From a virus: a stretch of DNA of 56,697 bases. The notes under the pieces are model-generated. The model saw nothing but the letters and a program-made list of their open reading frames with translations, was not told the origin of the DNA and ran no database searches. The translations under genes and the position numbers were made by a program. The stretch lies in the UHGV virus genome UHGV-0866312; one strand, 5' to 3'. Positions 35,333 to 45,727 of the stretch are shown here, one piece after another. The first letter of the stretch is position 1; each line of letters starts with the position of its first letter.

Positions 35333-36025
35333 ATGGTAGAAAAATTTACAGAGAGGGTTAATAATATTGCTTATGCATTAGCAACTATGGAGGATAAAGA
35401 AAGCTACTTATATCAAATAAAATGGTCAGACCTTTATGACTTAATTCATGAAAGGGTTTGTAATAGATGTGAGAGGCTTTATAGACACTATTCAATTGAA
35501 TGTAGACTAAATATAGAAAAAGAGGCTTTTGAGGAAATAGGTTTAACAGCAAAAATTAAAGCTGTAAATGGTTATGATATTACAAAAGGTGACTTTATGG
35601 CTAGATTGAATTTAATCATAGACCAACAAGCTAAAACATTAGTAAGGGATGCACAAAGTAATAAGAGGCTTGCAATGACTTATTGTAGCACTTCACTGGA
35701 TGCACCTACCATCCATGCTAAAGATGATGACCTATGCTTAATGGACACTTTACAAGATGAAAGTGCTGATACAGAGGTGTTAGTAATTAGCAAACAAAAT
35801 AACTTATTAAAAGCATTAAAGAATTGGTCATTAATCAATAAAAAGACTTTGAGAGATAGCAGACTAATTTATATCAATATGATAGTAGTAGATAAGGATG
35901 CTAAAAGGGATGCTTTATGTAAGATAACTGCTAAAAACTGGGTGACTACAAGAAAAGCATTATCAAGGGCTAACCAAAACTTTGTAAAGTATTTAAATGA
36001 AAATCAAATAGAAATAGCTGGTTAA
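35333..36025 (+). CDS. hypothetical protein, possible transcription regulator (weak sigma-like features)
   Basis: ORF with its own consensus-like promoter. Similarity is weak. Confidence 0.3.
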   Translation: MVEKFTERVNNIAYALATMEDKESYLYQIKWSDLYDLIHERVCNRCERLYRHYSIECRLNIEKEAFEEIGLTAKIKAVNGYDITKGDFMARLNLIIDQQAKTLVRDAQSNKRLAMTYCSTSLDAPTIHAKDDDLCLMDTLQDESADTEVLVISKQNNLLKALKNWSLINKKTLRDSRLIYINMIVVDKDAKRDALCKITAKNWVTTRKALSRANQNFVKYLNENQIEIAG

Positions 36026-36155
36026 TAAAAATGAGGGTGCTACTTTAAAGCATCCTCTTTTTTTGTCTTTTATATATGTCACAGTAGAAATTAAGTGAGT
36101 ATTTAATACTATGAAAGAGATTTCTGAATTATTAGAAAATAAGGAGTGAATGAAT

Positions 36156-36920
36156 ATGAGTTTAATTCAAAAGAAAGGAAATGAAGTAGCTGAAAGTGTA
36201 AATAAAAAGGATATTGATTTTAAAACAGTCTTTATCAGATTAAAAGATGGTGAGGCTATCAAAGTTAGATTTTTAGGTGTTAGTGATTATGTGGAATATA
36301 AAGCACATTCTAATGGATTTGCTTACAAAGTATATACACAGCCTTGCAGTGAGCCTATTGGTCAAGAATGTCCATTATGCAAAGCTTATAAATATGGATT
36401 ATCAAAATTAGAAAAAGGGCAACCAGCTAAAGAAAGTGAATACTATGATTTAAGACCTAGCAAAAGATATTTAGTAGCTATGGTAGATTTGGAAATGGAT
36501 AGTATCAGAGTGTGGGATTGCAGTAAAACACAATTAAAGAATTTTATTTCTCAATTAGAAGAATATAAGGAAATGATAGAAGAGGGTGAGGAATGTTATT
36601 TCACTTTCAAAAGAACAGGTACAGCCACTAGTACCACTTATACTTTATCACCTATCATGCCTACTGGTAAAAAGAATTTAGCTATCATTGATAAGATTAA
36701 GCCAGTATATGAAAAGTGGGAAGATGAGGTAATAAATGATGATTTCTATGAGGATGTATTACAAGTAAGAAAACCAGAGTTGTTAATTGAAACACTTAAA
36801 ACTGCTGGTTTACCAACAGAAGAAATATTCCCAGAGTATGAGGCTACTTTTGTAAATGAGGATGCTGATGCTGATACTGATGAGGGTGAGCCTATTGATG
36901 ATGGTGATATGCCATTTTAA
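36156..36920 (+). CDS. putative ssDNA-binding protein (Zn-ribbon; acidic C-terminal tail ...DDGDMPF)
   Basis: The C-terminal acidic tail ending in MPF resembles the SSB DDDIPF tail. A CxxxxxxCPLC zinc motif is present. Confidence 0.4.
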   Translation: MSLIQKKGNEVAESVNKKDIDFKTVFIRLKDGEAIKVRFLGVSDYVEYKAHSNGFAYKVYTQPCSEPIGQECPLCKAYKYGLSKLEKGQPAKESEYYDLRPSKRYLVAMVDLEMDSIRVWDCSKTQLKNFISQLEEYKEMIEEGEECYFTFKRTGTATSTTYTLSPIMPTGKKNLAIIDKIKPVYEKWEDEVINDDFYEDVLQVRKPELLIETLKTAGLPTEEIFPEYEATFVNEDADADTDEGEPIDDGDMPF

Positions 36921-37000
36921 TAAAATAAAACATTAAAGGGTGGCTTAAAAAAGTCACTCTTTTTTGTACTTATAAATAGGAAAGAAAGGAGGTAAGGAAT

Positions 37001-37969
37001 ATGGCAAGATTGACCAGTAAAGCAAAAGCACAAAAGGTAGTTAAAGAGGAATTACATGGAATTGAGGACAATAAATATTCTATTGAAATTATAGAGGCAT
37101 TTAATAAATTTCATGCTATGAATATCTATGATGATTATAGTATAGAGCAAGATATTTTATCACAAGATGCCTTAGATATTGAATTGATTAAGACCAGAGA
37201 GCCTAAAGACCCTAACTTAATTTTGTTTAATCCTAGTGGTGCTAGTAAATGCCCTAGAGAGTTATTTTATAAGCTGACAAAAATGGAAGAGGACAAAAGT
37301 GGTAATGTACCATTTCAGAAAAGATGGACTAGAAACAGTACAGCAGTGCATAAAGCAATACAAAGAGATTTACTTTATATGGACAAATATTTAAGTAATT
37401 ATCATTTTAGAGTAGCTAGAGCAGAGGAATTACCTAGCATAGAAATTGACCCTAGCAGATTTACATTACCAGCATGGGAAAACAATATATTGACTACTAA
37501 AATGTTTAGCTATGGTGGCTATACCTTTGCTATTAGGGGCATGATGGATGGTAATTTAATATATAAACCAGAGAAAAAATTAATAGGATTTGAGATTAAA
37601 ACAAAAAGCACTACTATTGCTAGTGTAGGTGATTACAAGTTAAGGACACCTATGGATAGTCATATAGAGCAATGTGTGTGCTATAGCTTGCTATTTAGAG
37701 GTGACCCACTAGATATTAACAGAGTAGATACATTCATTATCTTTTATGAAAGTGTAGCTAAAGACCAGTGGAGCAAGGGCAAGGATGCTAGACCAGACTT
37801 AAAAGCCTTTGAGGTAAATGTAACTTATGAGGATAGAATTAGATTGTTAGACAAATTTGCCACAGTTTGTGAGTATGTAGCAAATGGTGAGATACCTGTA
37901 GGTAACTTTGATAAATGCTTATTCTGTGGATTTAAAAATATTTGTCAAGGAGAGGGGGCAAATGGCTGA
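37001..37969 (+). CDS. PD-(D/E)XK exonuclease, Cas4/RecB-like with Cys cluster
   Basis: D...EIK motif (MMDGNLIYKPEKKLIGFEIKTK). Cys at CPRE plus C-terminal CLFCGFKNIC. Confidence 0.6.
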   Translation: MARLTSKAKAQKVVKEELHGIEDNKYSIEIIEAFNKFHAMNIYDDYSIEQDILSQDALDIELIKTREPKDPNLILFNPSGASKCPRELFYKLTKMEEDKSGNVPFQKRWTRNSTAVHKAIQRDLLYMDKYLSNYHFRVARAEELPSIEIDPSRFTLPAWENNILTTKMFSYGGYTFAIRGMMDGNLIYKPEKKLIGFEIKTKSTTIASVGDYKLRTPMDSHIEQCVCYSLLFRGDPLDINRVDTFIIFYESVAKDQWSKGKDARPDLKAFEVNVTYEDRIRLLDKFATVCEYVANGEIPVGNFDKCLFCGFKNICQGEGANG

Positions 37970-38477
37970 TTATGATTTTTGTATTTTAGCACTGGACTTA
38001 TCTTTAAATTGTAGTGGCTATGCAGTATTACATTATGAGCATGGCTTTGTAGAGATAGTAGAGAAAGGTGTTATTAATAATAAGAAAATACCATCTAGTG
38101 AATGTCCAAAGAAATTGAATGTCATTAGAGATAAAATAGATGATTTATTAAAGACTTACAATACTAAGGCAGTAGCCAAAGAAAGGGGCTTTAGTAATGG
38201 TAATGCTAGGGCTGGACAACAGCTTTACAAAGTGCATGGTGTAGCTGATGAGGTCAGCTTTACACATGGATTTATAGTAGATGAAATAGCTACTACAAGT
38301 ATTAAAAAGAATGTAGGTGGTAATGGTAAGTGTACTAAAGAGGATGTAGAGAATAATTTACCTTACTATGTAGGGAAACAAAAATATAAGACCAATGATG
38401 AAAGTGATGCAGTAGCAGTAGGTTTAACATGGCTAATGCTGAATGGCTTTCATGTGGATATTAGGGAAGTGGCTTAA
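37962..38477 (+). CDS. RuvC-like Holliday junction resolvase
   Basis: N-terminal ILALDLSLNCSGYAVL (RuvC motif I) and an acidic D/E near the C-terminus. GAGGGGG RBS before ATG 37962. Confidence 0.6.
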   Translation: MADYDFCILALDLSLNCSGYAVLHYEHGFVEIVEKGVINNKKIPSSECPKKLNVIRDKIDDLLKTYNTKAVAKERGFSNGNARAGQQLYKVHGVADEVSFTHGFIVDEIATTSIKKNVGGNGKCTKEDVENNLPYYVGKQKYKTNDESDAVAVGLTWLMLNGFHVDIREVA

Positions 38478-38564
38478 TTGCTACTTTCCTTTTTTGCCCT
38501 GTAATGTCACAGCTACTATAACAGTGAATATATGAAACTATAAGGATAATTTGAGGTGATAGAT

Positions 38565-38804
38565 ATGGAAAAAGGATTAAAAGTATTTGGTACTAATAAC
38601 TGTCCACAATGTAAAATATGCAAAAAGTTATTTGATAATAAGGGCATCAATTATGAATATGTAGATTTAAATACTTTACCAGAGGATGAATATACAGACT
38701 TGATTGAAACAGCAACTAAGCAAGGCTTTCATGGCTTACCTTTGGTATATGACTATCTTAGTGATAGCTTTGTAGACTGGCATGAGGTAATAAAACAATG
38801 TTAA
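38565..38804 (+). CDS. nrdH: glutaredoxin-like protein NrdH
   Basis: CPQC active site in thioredoxin-fold context, upstream of nrdG/nrdD. Confidence 0.65.
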   Translation: MEKGLKVFGTNNCPQCKICKKLFDNKGINYEYVDLNTLPEDEYTDLIETATKQGFHGLPLVYDYLSDSFVDWHEVIKQC

Positions 38805-39253
38805 GGGTGCATGATATAGATAGTTTAGACTGCATTAATACAGATAGTGTAGCTTTGACTATCTATTTTAAAGGATGTTGCTTTAATTGTAAGGGATGCC
38901 ACAATAAGGACTTACAAACATTCACAGGTGGTACATTGTATACACCACAAGACCTGTATGAGTATTTAATAAATCACTATGACCTACAGGAATATGACAC
39001 TGTATGCTTTTTAGGTGGTGAGCCTACATTACAGCATAAAGAGGATATGATTGACCTTACTTATTTGCTGTATGAGGCTGGCTACAAAGTATGGCTATAT
39101 ACTGGGCTAGACTATGATGCTGTACCACAGTTTTATAAAGACTGGTGCTATTGTATCAAGGCTGGAAAATATGACACTAGCTATCCTAAAGTGGGTAAGC
39201 TGGCTACAGGTAACCAAAGCTATTATTTTAAAGATGGAAGAATTGAGAAATAA
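38798..39253 (+). CDS. nrdG: anaerobic ribonucleotide reductase activating protein
   Basis: Cysteine cluster CCFNCKGC (CxxxCxxC), about 150 aa, adjacent to nrdD. Confidence 0.7.
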   Translation: MLRVHDIDSLDCINTDSVALTIYFKGCCFNCKGCHNKDLQTFTGGTLYTPQDLYEYLINHYDLQEYDTVCFLGGEPTLQHKEDMIDLTYLLYEAGYKVWLYTGLDYDAVPQFYKDWCYCIKAGKYDTSYPKVGKLATGNQSYYFKDGRIEK

Positions 39254-39265
39254 GGGGGTATAAAT

Positions 39266-41203
39266 ATGAAAATAGATTTAACATTCAGTGATAATTTTGA
39301 TAAATTATATGACAGCTTTTTAAAAGATGAAAAGGGTGAGAAACTATTAAAACTAGAGGGCATCCACCCTACACAATTAGATATAGGGCATATGTCACAT
39401 GAATACTTTATTAAAGAGGTATGTGATATGTCAGTAGATGCAAATGCTAACTCTAATGAGGATAACTGTTATAACAATTATCAAGCTGAAATTACAAAGG
39501 GTGTACACAAGCTAGAGGGCTACTATTTACTATATAGGTATGCAGAAAAGAAATATAATACAGCTACAGCAGATGCCTTGCTAACAGCTATTATAAATGG
39601 TGATTTATATTTCCATGACCCTACAAAAATACAAATACCTTATTGCTTTGCTTACAGCACTGCTTTTGTAATGAATGAGGGTAGACCATATGGACAATTA
39701 AAGAGTGTAGCACCTAAAAGAAGTGATAGCTTTGTAGCAGAGGTAATAGAGACTACTATGGATTTATCACAGGAATTTGCTGGGGCTATTGCTATGGGTG
39801 ACTTTATTGTAAATCTATGCTGGTATTTAAAGAATGAGGGTTATGGTAGAAAAGATAGCTATAATAATGTATCTTTTAATACTTTAGAAAAAGCTTATAT
39901 AGTAAACCAATTCCAAAAGCTAGTACATGTTATGAATAACAAATTTAGGCTAGGTGGGGAAAGCCCTTTTAGTAACATCAGTATTTTTGATAGAAGTAAC
40001 TTAGAAAAGCTGTTTACTGACTATTATTATCCAGATGCTACACAGCCAGACTTTGACTATATATTAGCTGTACAGGATTTATTTATGGAATTTTTTAGTA
40101 AGGGGCAACCAGATACAAACTTACCTTATAGATTTCCTGTAGTAACTGTTAATATGGCTGTAGATGACAATAGAAAGCCTTTAGATATGAATTTTGCAGT
40201 AAGAGTAGCAAAATATAACAGACCACTAGGATGCTTTAATATTTATGCTAATAAGGGTAGTAAAATTGCTATGTGCTGTAGGTTTGTTAATGATGCTGAA
40301 AGAATGGACTTTAAGCAAGATAGCTTTGGTAATGGTGGTATGAATATAGGGTCACACAGGGTAGTAACAATTAACCTACCTAGATTAGCTTTATTATCAG
40401 TTAATAATATGCTAGATATGGATGCAAAAGATGTATTCTTTATGCTATTAGGTGAGCAACTAGAAAACTGTAAAAAGCTATTATTAGTGCATAGAGAGGA
40501 AATATTAGAAAGAAGAGTAAAGAAAGGCTTTTTAAAATTCTTTGACCCAAAACAAGTAGGCTGGTTTAGCTTAGATATGATGTTTAGCACTATTGGTATT
40601 GTAGGTGTACATGAAATGTGTCATTTCTTTGGGTATGAGATTACAAGCAAAGAGGGTACAGAGTTTGTAGCAAAGGTGTTAAAGTATATTGATGATAAGG
40701 CTGTAGAGTATAGCAAAGAGACTGGACACAGCTTTAATACAGAGGAAATACCAGCAGAAAATACAGGGGTTAAGTTAGCTAAAAAGGACAGTTTGACTTT
40801 TGAAAATAATTGTGCTATGTATTCTAACCAATATATACCACTAGCTGTAGATGTACCATATATGACTAGAATTAAGCTTACTGGTAAATTCATGAGCCTA
40901 GTAAGTGGTGGTGGCATCATGCATCTAAACATTAAAGAGAAAATAGATACTGATGAGAAAATGTTAAAACTAATGCTTACAGCTTTAAAATATGGTATAG
41001 AACATTTTGCAATTAACTACAGCTTTTGTGAGTGCATTAATGGTCATGTAACTGTAGGTGGTAACAATATGAAAATATGTCCACATTGTGGTGAGCCTAT
41101 CACAGATTACATTACTAGAGTAGTAGGATTTTTTACAAGAGTTAGTAACTGGTCAGAGACTAGAAAAGAGGAATTTAAAAACAGAGATTTTAAAGAGGTG
41201 TAA
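39266..41203 (+). CDS. nrdD: anaerobic ribonucleoside-triphosphate reductase (class III)
   Basis: C-terminal Zn ribbon CxxC...CPHCG and glycyl-radical motif TRVVGFFTR. 645 aa. Confidence 0.85.
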   Translation: MKIDLTFSDNFDKLYDSFLKDEKGEKLLKLEGIHPTQLDIGHMSHEYFIKEVCDMSVDANANSNEDNCYNNYQAEITKGVHKLEGYYLLYRYAEKKYNTATADALLTAIINGDLYFHDPTKIQIPYCFAYSTAFVMNEGRPYGQLKSVAPKRSDSFVAEVIETTMDLSQEFAGAIAMGDFIVNLCWYLKNEGYGRKDSYNNVSFNTLEKAYIVNQFQKLVHVMNNKFRLGGESPFSNISIFDRSNLEKLFTDYYYPDATQPDFDYILAVQDLFMEFFSKGQPDTNLPYRFPVVTVNMAVDDNRKPLDMNFAVRVAKYNRPLGCFNIYANKGSKIAMCCRFVNDAERMDFKQDSFGNGGMNIGSHRVVTINLPRLALLSVNNMLDMDAKDVFFMLLGEQLENCKKLLLVHREEILERRVKKGFLKFFDPKQVGWFSLDMMFSTIGIVGVHEMCHFFGYEITSKEGTEFVAKVLKYIDDKAVEYSKETGHSFNTEEIPAENTGVKLAKKDSLTFENNCAMYSNQYIPLAVDVPYMTRIKLTGKFMSLVSGGGIMHLNIKEKIDTDEKMLKLMLTALKYGIEHFAINYSFCECINGHVTVGGNNMKICPHCGEPITDYITRVVGFFTRVSNWSETRKEEFKNRDFKEV

Positions 41204-41208
41204 AAGTA

Positions 41209-41238
41209 AGGGTAGCAGAAATGCTACCTTTTCTTTTT
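41209..41238 (+). terminator. rho-independent terminator (gggtagcagaaatgctacc + T-run) directly abutting GTCACA
   Basis: Direct reading. Confidence 0.65.
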
Positions 41239-41303
41239 GTCACAATACATACTGGTGTGGGTATTTATAACTATAAAGATTAAGACAAAGGGGAATTAAG
41301 ATT

Positions 41304-41903
41304 ATGGCAAATGTGATTAATAACAAAGATAGATTAGCAATATTTGAAAAGGAATTAGGCTTTTACCACAGTAATAATATCAGAGAATTTGCAAAGCTAT
41401 TAGTAGCTGAATTACCTAACTATTTCTTTTTTGTAGCCAGCAGTGCTACAGGTAAATATCACCCAGAATATGCAAATGGTGAGGGTGGCTTAGTAAGACA
41501 TACACAGGCTGGTATGAGAATAGCTAAAAGCTTATTTACTATTAGTGACTTTACTATAGAGGAAGAGGATTTAATTTTATTGGCTTTACAATTTCATGAC
41601 AGCATTAAAAGGGGTAGAGGCATTGACAGTGGACATACAGTGTATTTGCATCCTATCTATGCTAGTAGATTTATTATGCAGTATTACTATGACCATATTG
41701 AAATAACAAAGACACTTATTACTGGTGAGGATTTAGAAATAGTTTGTAGAGCAATACAGAGCCATATGGGGCAATTCAATAAGGATGGTGAGGGTTACCC
41801 TATTCTACCTGTACCAGTTACACCACTACAAAAATTTGTACATGAATGTGATTATTTAGCATCAAGGGCATTTTTAGAGGTGAATTTTAATAAAAATGTG
41901 TAA
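41304..41903 (+). CDS. HD-domain phosphohydrolase
   Basis: H...HD motif (KYHPEY...LQFHDSIKRG). Confidence 0.6.
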   Translation: MANVINNKDRLAIFEKELGFYHSNNIREFAKLLVAELPNYFFFVASSATGKYHPEYANGEGGLVRHTQAGMRIAKSLFTISDFTIEEEDLILLALQFHDSIKRGRGIDSGHTVYLHPIYASRFIMQYYYDHIEITKTLITGEDLEIVCRAIQSHMGQFNKDGEGYPILPVPVTPLQKFVHECDYLASRAFLEVNFNKNV

Positions 41904-42414
41904 TGAAGTGTGGAAAGATATTCCTAACTATGGTGGAGTATATCAAATTAGCAATTTAGGAAGAGTTAGGAGTTTTAAGTATGGTAGAGAGCATATATTA
42001 AAATCTTATATAAATAGTACTGGTTATCTATATGTAACATTAATGAAAGATAATAATAGGCATCAAGTAGCTATACATTATCTATTAGCATATTGTTTTA
42101 TTGTCTTTGTGCCACAAAAAGGTGTTAGATATGCTGTAAACCATAAAGATGAAGTTAAGACAAATAACATTTTGAGTAATTTAGAAATTATAACAGAGGT
42201 AGCAAATTTGAATTATGGAACAGCTAGAGAAAGACAGAGATTATCTGTTAGTAAACCAGTTAAATGTATTGAAACTGGTATTTCTTATAAATCAGCTAAA
42301 GAGGCAGAGAGGCAAACAGGAATATATCAAGGTAATATAAATCAATGTTGTAATGGTAGCCATAGGAGAAAAACTGCTGGTGGTTATCATTGGATATTTA
42401 TAAGTGAGGTGTAG
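41896..42414 (+). CDS. HNH homing endonuclease (paralog of 2633-3151)
   Basis: MCNEVWKDIPNYGGVYQISNLGRVRS; NHKDEVKTNN; a C-terminus about 60% identical to the first HNH. Confidence 0.8.
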   Translation: MCNEVWKDIPNYGGVYQISNLGRVRSFKYGREHILKSYINSTGYLYVTLMKDNNRHQVAIHYLLAYCFIVFVPQKGVRYAVNHKDEVKTNNILSNLEIITEVANLNYGTARERQRLSVSKPVKCIETGISYKSAKEAERQTGIYQGNINQCCNGSHRRKTAGGYHWIFISEV

Positions 42415-42616
42415 AGATATGGAAGAGTTATCAAGAATTGAAGAGGCTGTTTATTCAATAGAAAATATCATAAATCAAAGTGATATGAAAGCTACAGATA
42501 GATTAAGTCTTATATATACAGCATCACAGATTATTAAGGATGCTTTAAAGAATTATGTAGATGCATTACCAGAGGAAAATGACCATGTAGCTGGATTTAG
42601 GCAAGGGGGTAGATAA
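42404..42616 (+). CDS. hypothetical small protein
   Basis: 70-aa ORF. Confidence 0.35.
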   Translation: MRCRDMEELSRIEEAVYSIENIINQSDMKATDRLSLIYTASQIIKDALKNYVDALPEENDHVAGFRQGGR

Positions 42617-42618
42617 TT

Positions 42619-43296
42619 ATGTTTATGAATGAGGGTAAAATTAAATTTGAAAATGTAGAGATAGCTGGATTTAAGACAGCAATAAGGGGGATGAGAAACC
42701 CTTTAGATAGCTGGCATAAGGCTGATAGTCATTCCATTGTATCAATAGATGAAAATGGTAATTTAGCTGAAAAGTTTATTATAGGTGAAAATGATATGAA
42801 TTTAGCACAAAGGCTTATTAAAGGTGGGGATGAACATGCTAAATTTATTAGGCAAATTTATGTAGGTGTAGACATTACACTACCTAGATATGTATGGTCA
42901 GAATTTGACACCTACCACTTTAATACAAAGAATAGCTGTAGCACCATGCATACTTTATTAAGCAGTAAGAAACCATTAACACTAGATATGTTTGTGTACT
43001 GCATGGATGATGTTAATAAAATACAAAAAGCAATAGATGACATTAATTATATAGCTAAAAAATATAGAGGTGAGTGTGAAACAACTTACACAAAGCCAGA
43101 ATTAAAAAGAAGAGCAAAACAGTTACTACCAGAGGGCTTTTTACAAATGAGAACAGTAAGCACTAATTATGGTGAGTTAAGAAATATGTATTTTCAAAGA
43201 AAAAACCATCAGCTACCAGAATGGTCAAAGTATTTTGTAGACTGGATAAATACACTACCATATGCAGATGAATTAATTAAATATACAGGCAAATAA
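42619..43296 (+). CDS. divergent ThyX-like (flavin-dependent thymidylate synthase-like) protein
   Basis: The C-terminal N..ELRNMYFQRKNHQLPEW resembles the ThyX N.RSL.NF..LR....AQ.E block. The canonical RHR motif is replaced by PRY, so it may be non-canonical. Confidence 0.4.
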   Translation: MFMNEGKIKFENVEIAGFKTAIRGMRNPLDSWHKADSHSIVSIDENGNLAEKFIIGENDMNLAQRLIKGGDEHAKFIRQIYVGVDITLPRYVWSEFDTYHFNTKNSCSTMHTLLSSKKPLTLDMFVYCMDDVNKIQKAIDDINYIAKKYRGECETTYTKPELKRRAKQLLPEGFLQMRTVSTNYGELRNMYFQRKNHQLPEWSKYFVDWINTLPYADELIKYTGK

Positions 43297-43396
43297 AAGT
43301 TAAGGACAGCTAAAAATGCTGTCCTATTTTTATGTCACAAATACCTACAAGGGGTATATATAATATTATCAAATATTTAAGGAGTGATTAGGTAGT

Positions 43397-44080
43397 ATGA
43401 ATAAAATAGAATGTATCAGAGAATTTAGAGAGTGCTTTACTGTAGGTAAAAGCTATGAGGTAAAAGTTAATCATTACTGGGGTGGTGTAACTGTAAAAGA
43501 TGATGATGAGGATTTATATTATATCTGTAATGCTGATTTAGATAAGTATTTCTGTAGTAAGGATAGCTGTAAAGACTGTGATAATTCAACCTGTGACCAT
43601 TACCATGAGCCAGTAAATAACAGCATCCATATGAGAATTAAGTATTTTGATGGTGCTACAAAGTTAAAAAAGATTAGTAAAGGTAATTGGATAGATGTGT
43701 ATGCTAACAAAGATATGATTATCTATGAGGGTGAGAGGGCTATGATACCTTTGGGCTTTGCACTTGAATTACCAGAGGGCTATGAGGGGCATTTAGCACC
43801 TAGAAGTAGCACATTCAAAAGCTGGGGTATTATTCAGACTAATTCAGTAGGTGTGGTAGATGATAGCTATATAGGTGATAATGATGAGTGGCACATGCCT
43901 GTATATTGTTTAGAGGGCAAGGATGCTACAGAGGATGGCTTAATATTCACTGAAATTAAAAAGGGTGACAAAATAGGTCAATTTAGAATTATAGAAGTTA
44001 TGCCAGAGATTACATTAGAAGAGGTGGAGGTGTTTGGTAATGAGGACAGAGGTTCTTTTGGAAGTACTGGAACAAGATAG
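43397..44080 (+). CDS. dut: dUTPase with N-terminal Cys-rich extension
   Basis: dUTPase motifs PRSSTFKSWGI and VGVVDDSYIGDNDEW. The N-terminal ~75 aa carry CxxC...CxDC...C.H.H. Confidence 0.75.
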   Translation: MNKIECIREFRECFTVGKSYEVKVNHYWGGVTVKDDDEDLYYICNADLDKYFCSKDSCKDCDNSTCDHYHEPVNNSIHMRIKYFDGATKLKKISKGNWIDVYANKDMIIYEGERAMIPLGFALELPEGYEGHLAPRSSTFKSWGIIQTNSVGVVDDSYIGDNDEWHMPVYCLEGKDATEDGLIFTEIKKGDKIGQFRIIEVMPEITLEEVEVFGNEDRGSFGSTGTR

Positions 44081-44468
44081 AGGATGCTTTATTCCTCTTG
44101 ATTGCTTAGATGTTAAAGGTGACATCTATTTGATAAATGAATTTGGTGATATTTATTCATTAGTAAGGAATAGGCTGTTATCTAAATGTAGTGACAAAGA
44201 TGGTTATAAATATACCACCTTACAAAATAGTAAAGGAGATAGATGGTGCTATAGAGTGGCTACTCTTGTAGCATTAACATTCATAGGTAAGCCACCAGAT
44301 GATATGATTGACCCTACAATAGACCATATAGACAGTAATAAAGTTAATAACTATTACAAAAATTTAAGATGGATGGAAAGGGGCAAAAATTCATCTATTA
44401 GAAAGAAATTTCCACCTAGAGATAATTTGGGTAGATTTTGCAAAAAGAAAAAGCAATTAATTGAGTAA
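44040..44468 (+). CDS. HNH endonuclease
   Basis: IDHIDSNKVNNYYKNLRWMERGKN HNH motif. GGAGGTG RBS before ATG 44040. Confidence 0.7.
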   Translation: MRTEVLLEVLEQDRGCFIPLDCLDVKGDIYLINEFGDIYSLVRNRLLSKCSDKDGYKYTTLQNSKGDRWCYRVATLVALTFIGKPPDDMIDPTIDHIDSNKVNNYYKNLRWMERGKNSSIRKKFPPRDNLGRFCKKKKQLIE

Positions 44469-44513
44469 ATAGAATTATGGTAATATAATGATATTAAAAG
44501 GGGGATATAAAAA

Positions 44514-45023
44514 GTGAAAAAGAGTAAAGGAAAGAAAATATTAATAGGTGTAGCCATATTATTTGTATTAGGGATTATAGGTGCTGTATTTGGTGAGGAT
44601 GCCCCAGCACCAGAGGAAAGCAAGCCAGCAGTGGCAGAGCAACAAGAGGAAACAAAATACACTAGTGAGTATGGCTTTAAAGATACTAAACACTATACAG
44701 CAGAGGAACAGGATAAAATCTATAAGACTGGTTTACTGTATATTGATTTGCATAAGGAAGATATAACAGATGCAGAGAAAGAGGATATACAAAAGCAATT
44801 AGCTGATATTAGGACAGGAATAGAGCAAGAAACATTAAACCTATTAAATGTAGCTGGTAGCACTTTCAATAAAGTTAATTGGTCATTACAGCCTAGCACT
44901 GGTAGCAGTGAGGAAAAAATGAAAGATAAGCTACATGATGTAGTTAAGAATGGTGCTAAATATGATGAGTTAAATGATAGATTACAGCAGTATAAAGAAA
45001 CAATAGAAATATATTTAGACTAA
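44514..45023 (+). CDS. membrane-anchored protein (N-terminal TM, exported acidic domain); GTG start
   Basis: N-terminal KKILIGVAILFVLGIIGAVFG TM/signal. AAAGGGGGA RBS before GTG. Confidence 0.5.
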   Translation: MKKSKGKKILIGVAILFVLGIIGAVFGEDAPAPEESKPAVAEQQEETKYTSEYGFKDTKHYTAEEQDKIYKTGLLYIDLHKEDITDAEKEDIQKQLADIRTGIEQETLNLLNVAGSTFNKVNWSLQPSTGSSEEKMKDKLHDVVKNGAKYDELNDRLQQYKETIEIYLD

Positions 45024-45103
45024 CAGGGTAGCAGAAATGCTACTCTTTTTTTGTCACAAAAATAAACTATTTCCATATATTGATAGTATAAGGAGGTGGT
45101 TAG

Positions 45104-45727
45104 ATGCTAGGTAAGAAAACTAGAAAGCTACTAGCTAGTATATTGCTGGGGCTTACTGTAGGTGGCTTATTTGGTGGGCTATTTGTAAAGGCTAATAACC
45201 CAGAGCCACAGCAGTACCACACAGTACCTATAGAGCAACAAGTACAGGTAGACTACACTGATACAGTGCTATCAGAATTAACATCTATCAATAAGCTAGA
45301 AATATATCAAGCTTACTTAAAGAATACTGTGACCATTAAGAAAGGCTTTGATAATAAATTCTTTAGGAATAATAAAAGCATAGATATGTATGCCACAGGT
45401 ATCTATAAGCTAGATTTAAATAACATTGATAAAGATTTAGTTATGAGTGGTAACAGTGTGGTAGTAATAGCATCTATTGAGCATGATGTAATTGTACATG
45501 AGAATAAGTTTAAATTTACAGAGGAAAAAGGCTGGCTTACCTTTGGTGATGTAGAAGTAACACCAGAGGAAATGACTGCTATAACCCAGCAGACTAAAGA
45601 CCAGATGACCAGTAAGATGCTATCAGATGAATACTTAGAAACTGTTAAGGAAAAAGCAACATACATTATTGTAGATAGATTAAGAGATATTAACCCAGAA
45701 TTTAATATAAAGGTGGTATGGAAATGA
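45104..45727 (+). CDS. membrane-anchored DUF4230-like protein
   Basis: N-terminal TM LLASILLGLTVGGLFGGLF, about 200 aa. Confidence 0.45.
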   Translation: MLGKKTRKLLASILLGLTVGGLFGGLFVKANNPEPQQYHTVPIEQQVQVDYTDTVLSELTSINKLEIYQAYLKNTVTIKKGFDNKFFRNNKSIDMYATGIYKLDLNNIDKDLVMSGNSVVVIASIEHDVIVHENKFKFTEEKGWLTFGDVEVTPEEMTAITQQTKDQMTSKMLSDEYLETVKEKATYIIVDRLRDINPEFNIKVVWK

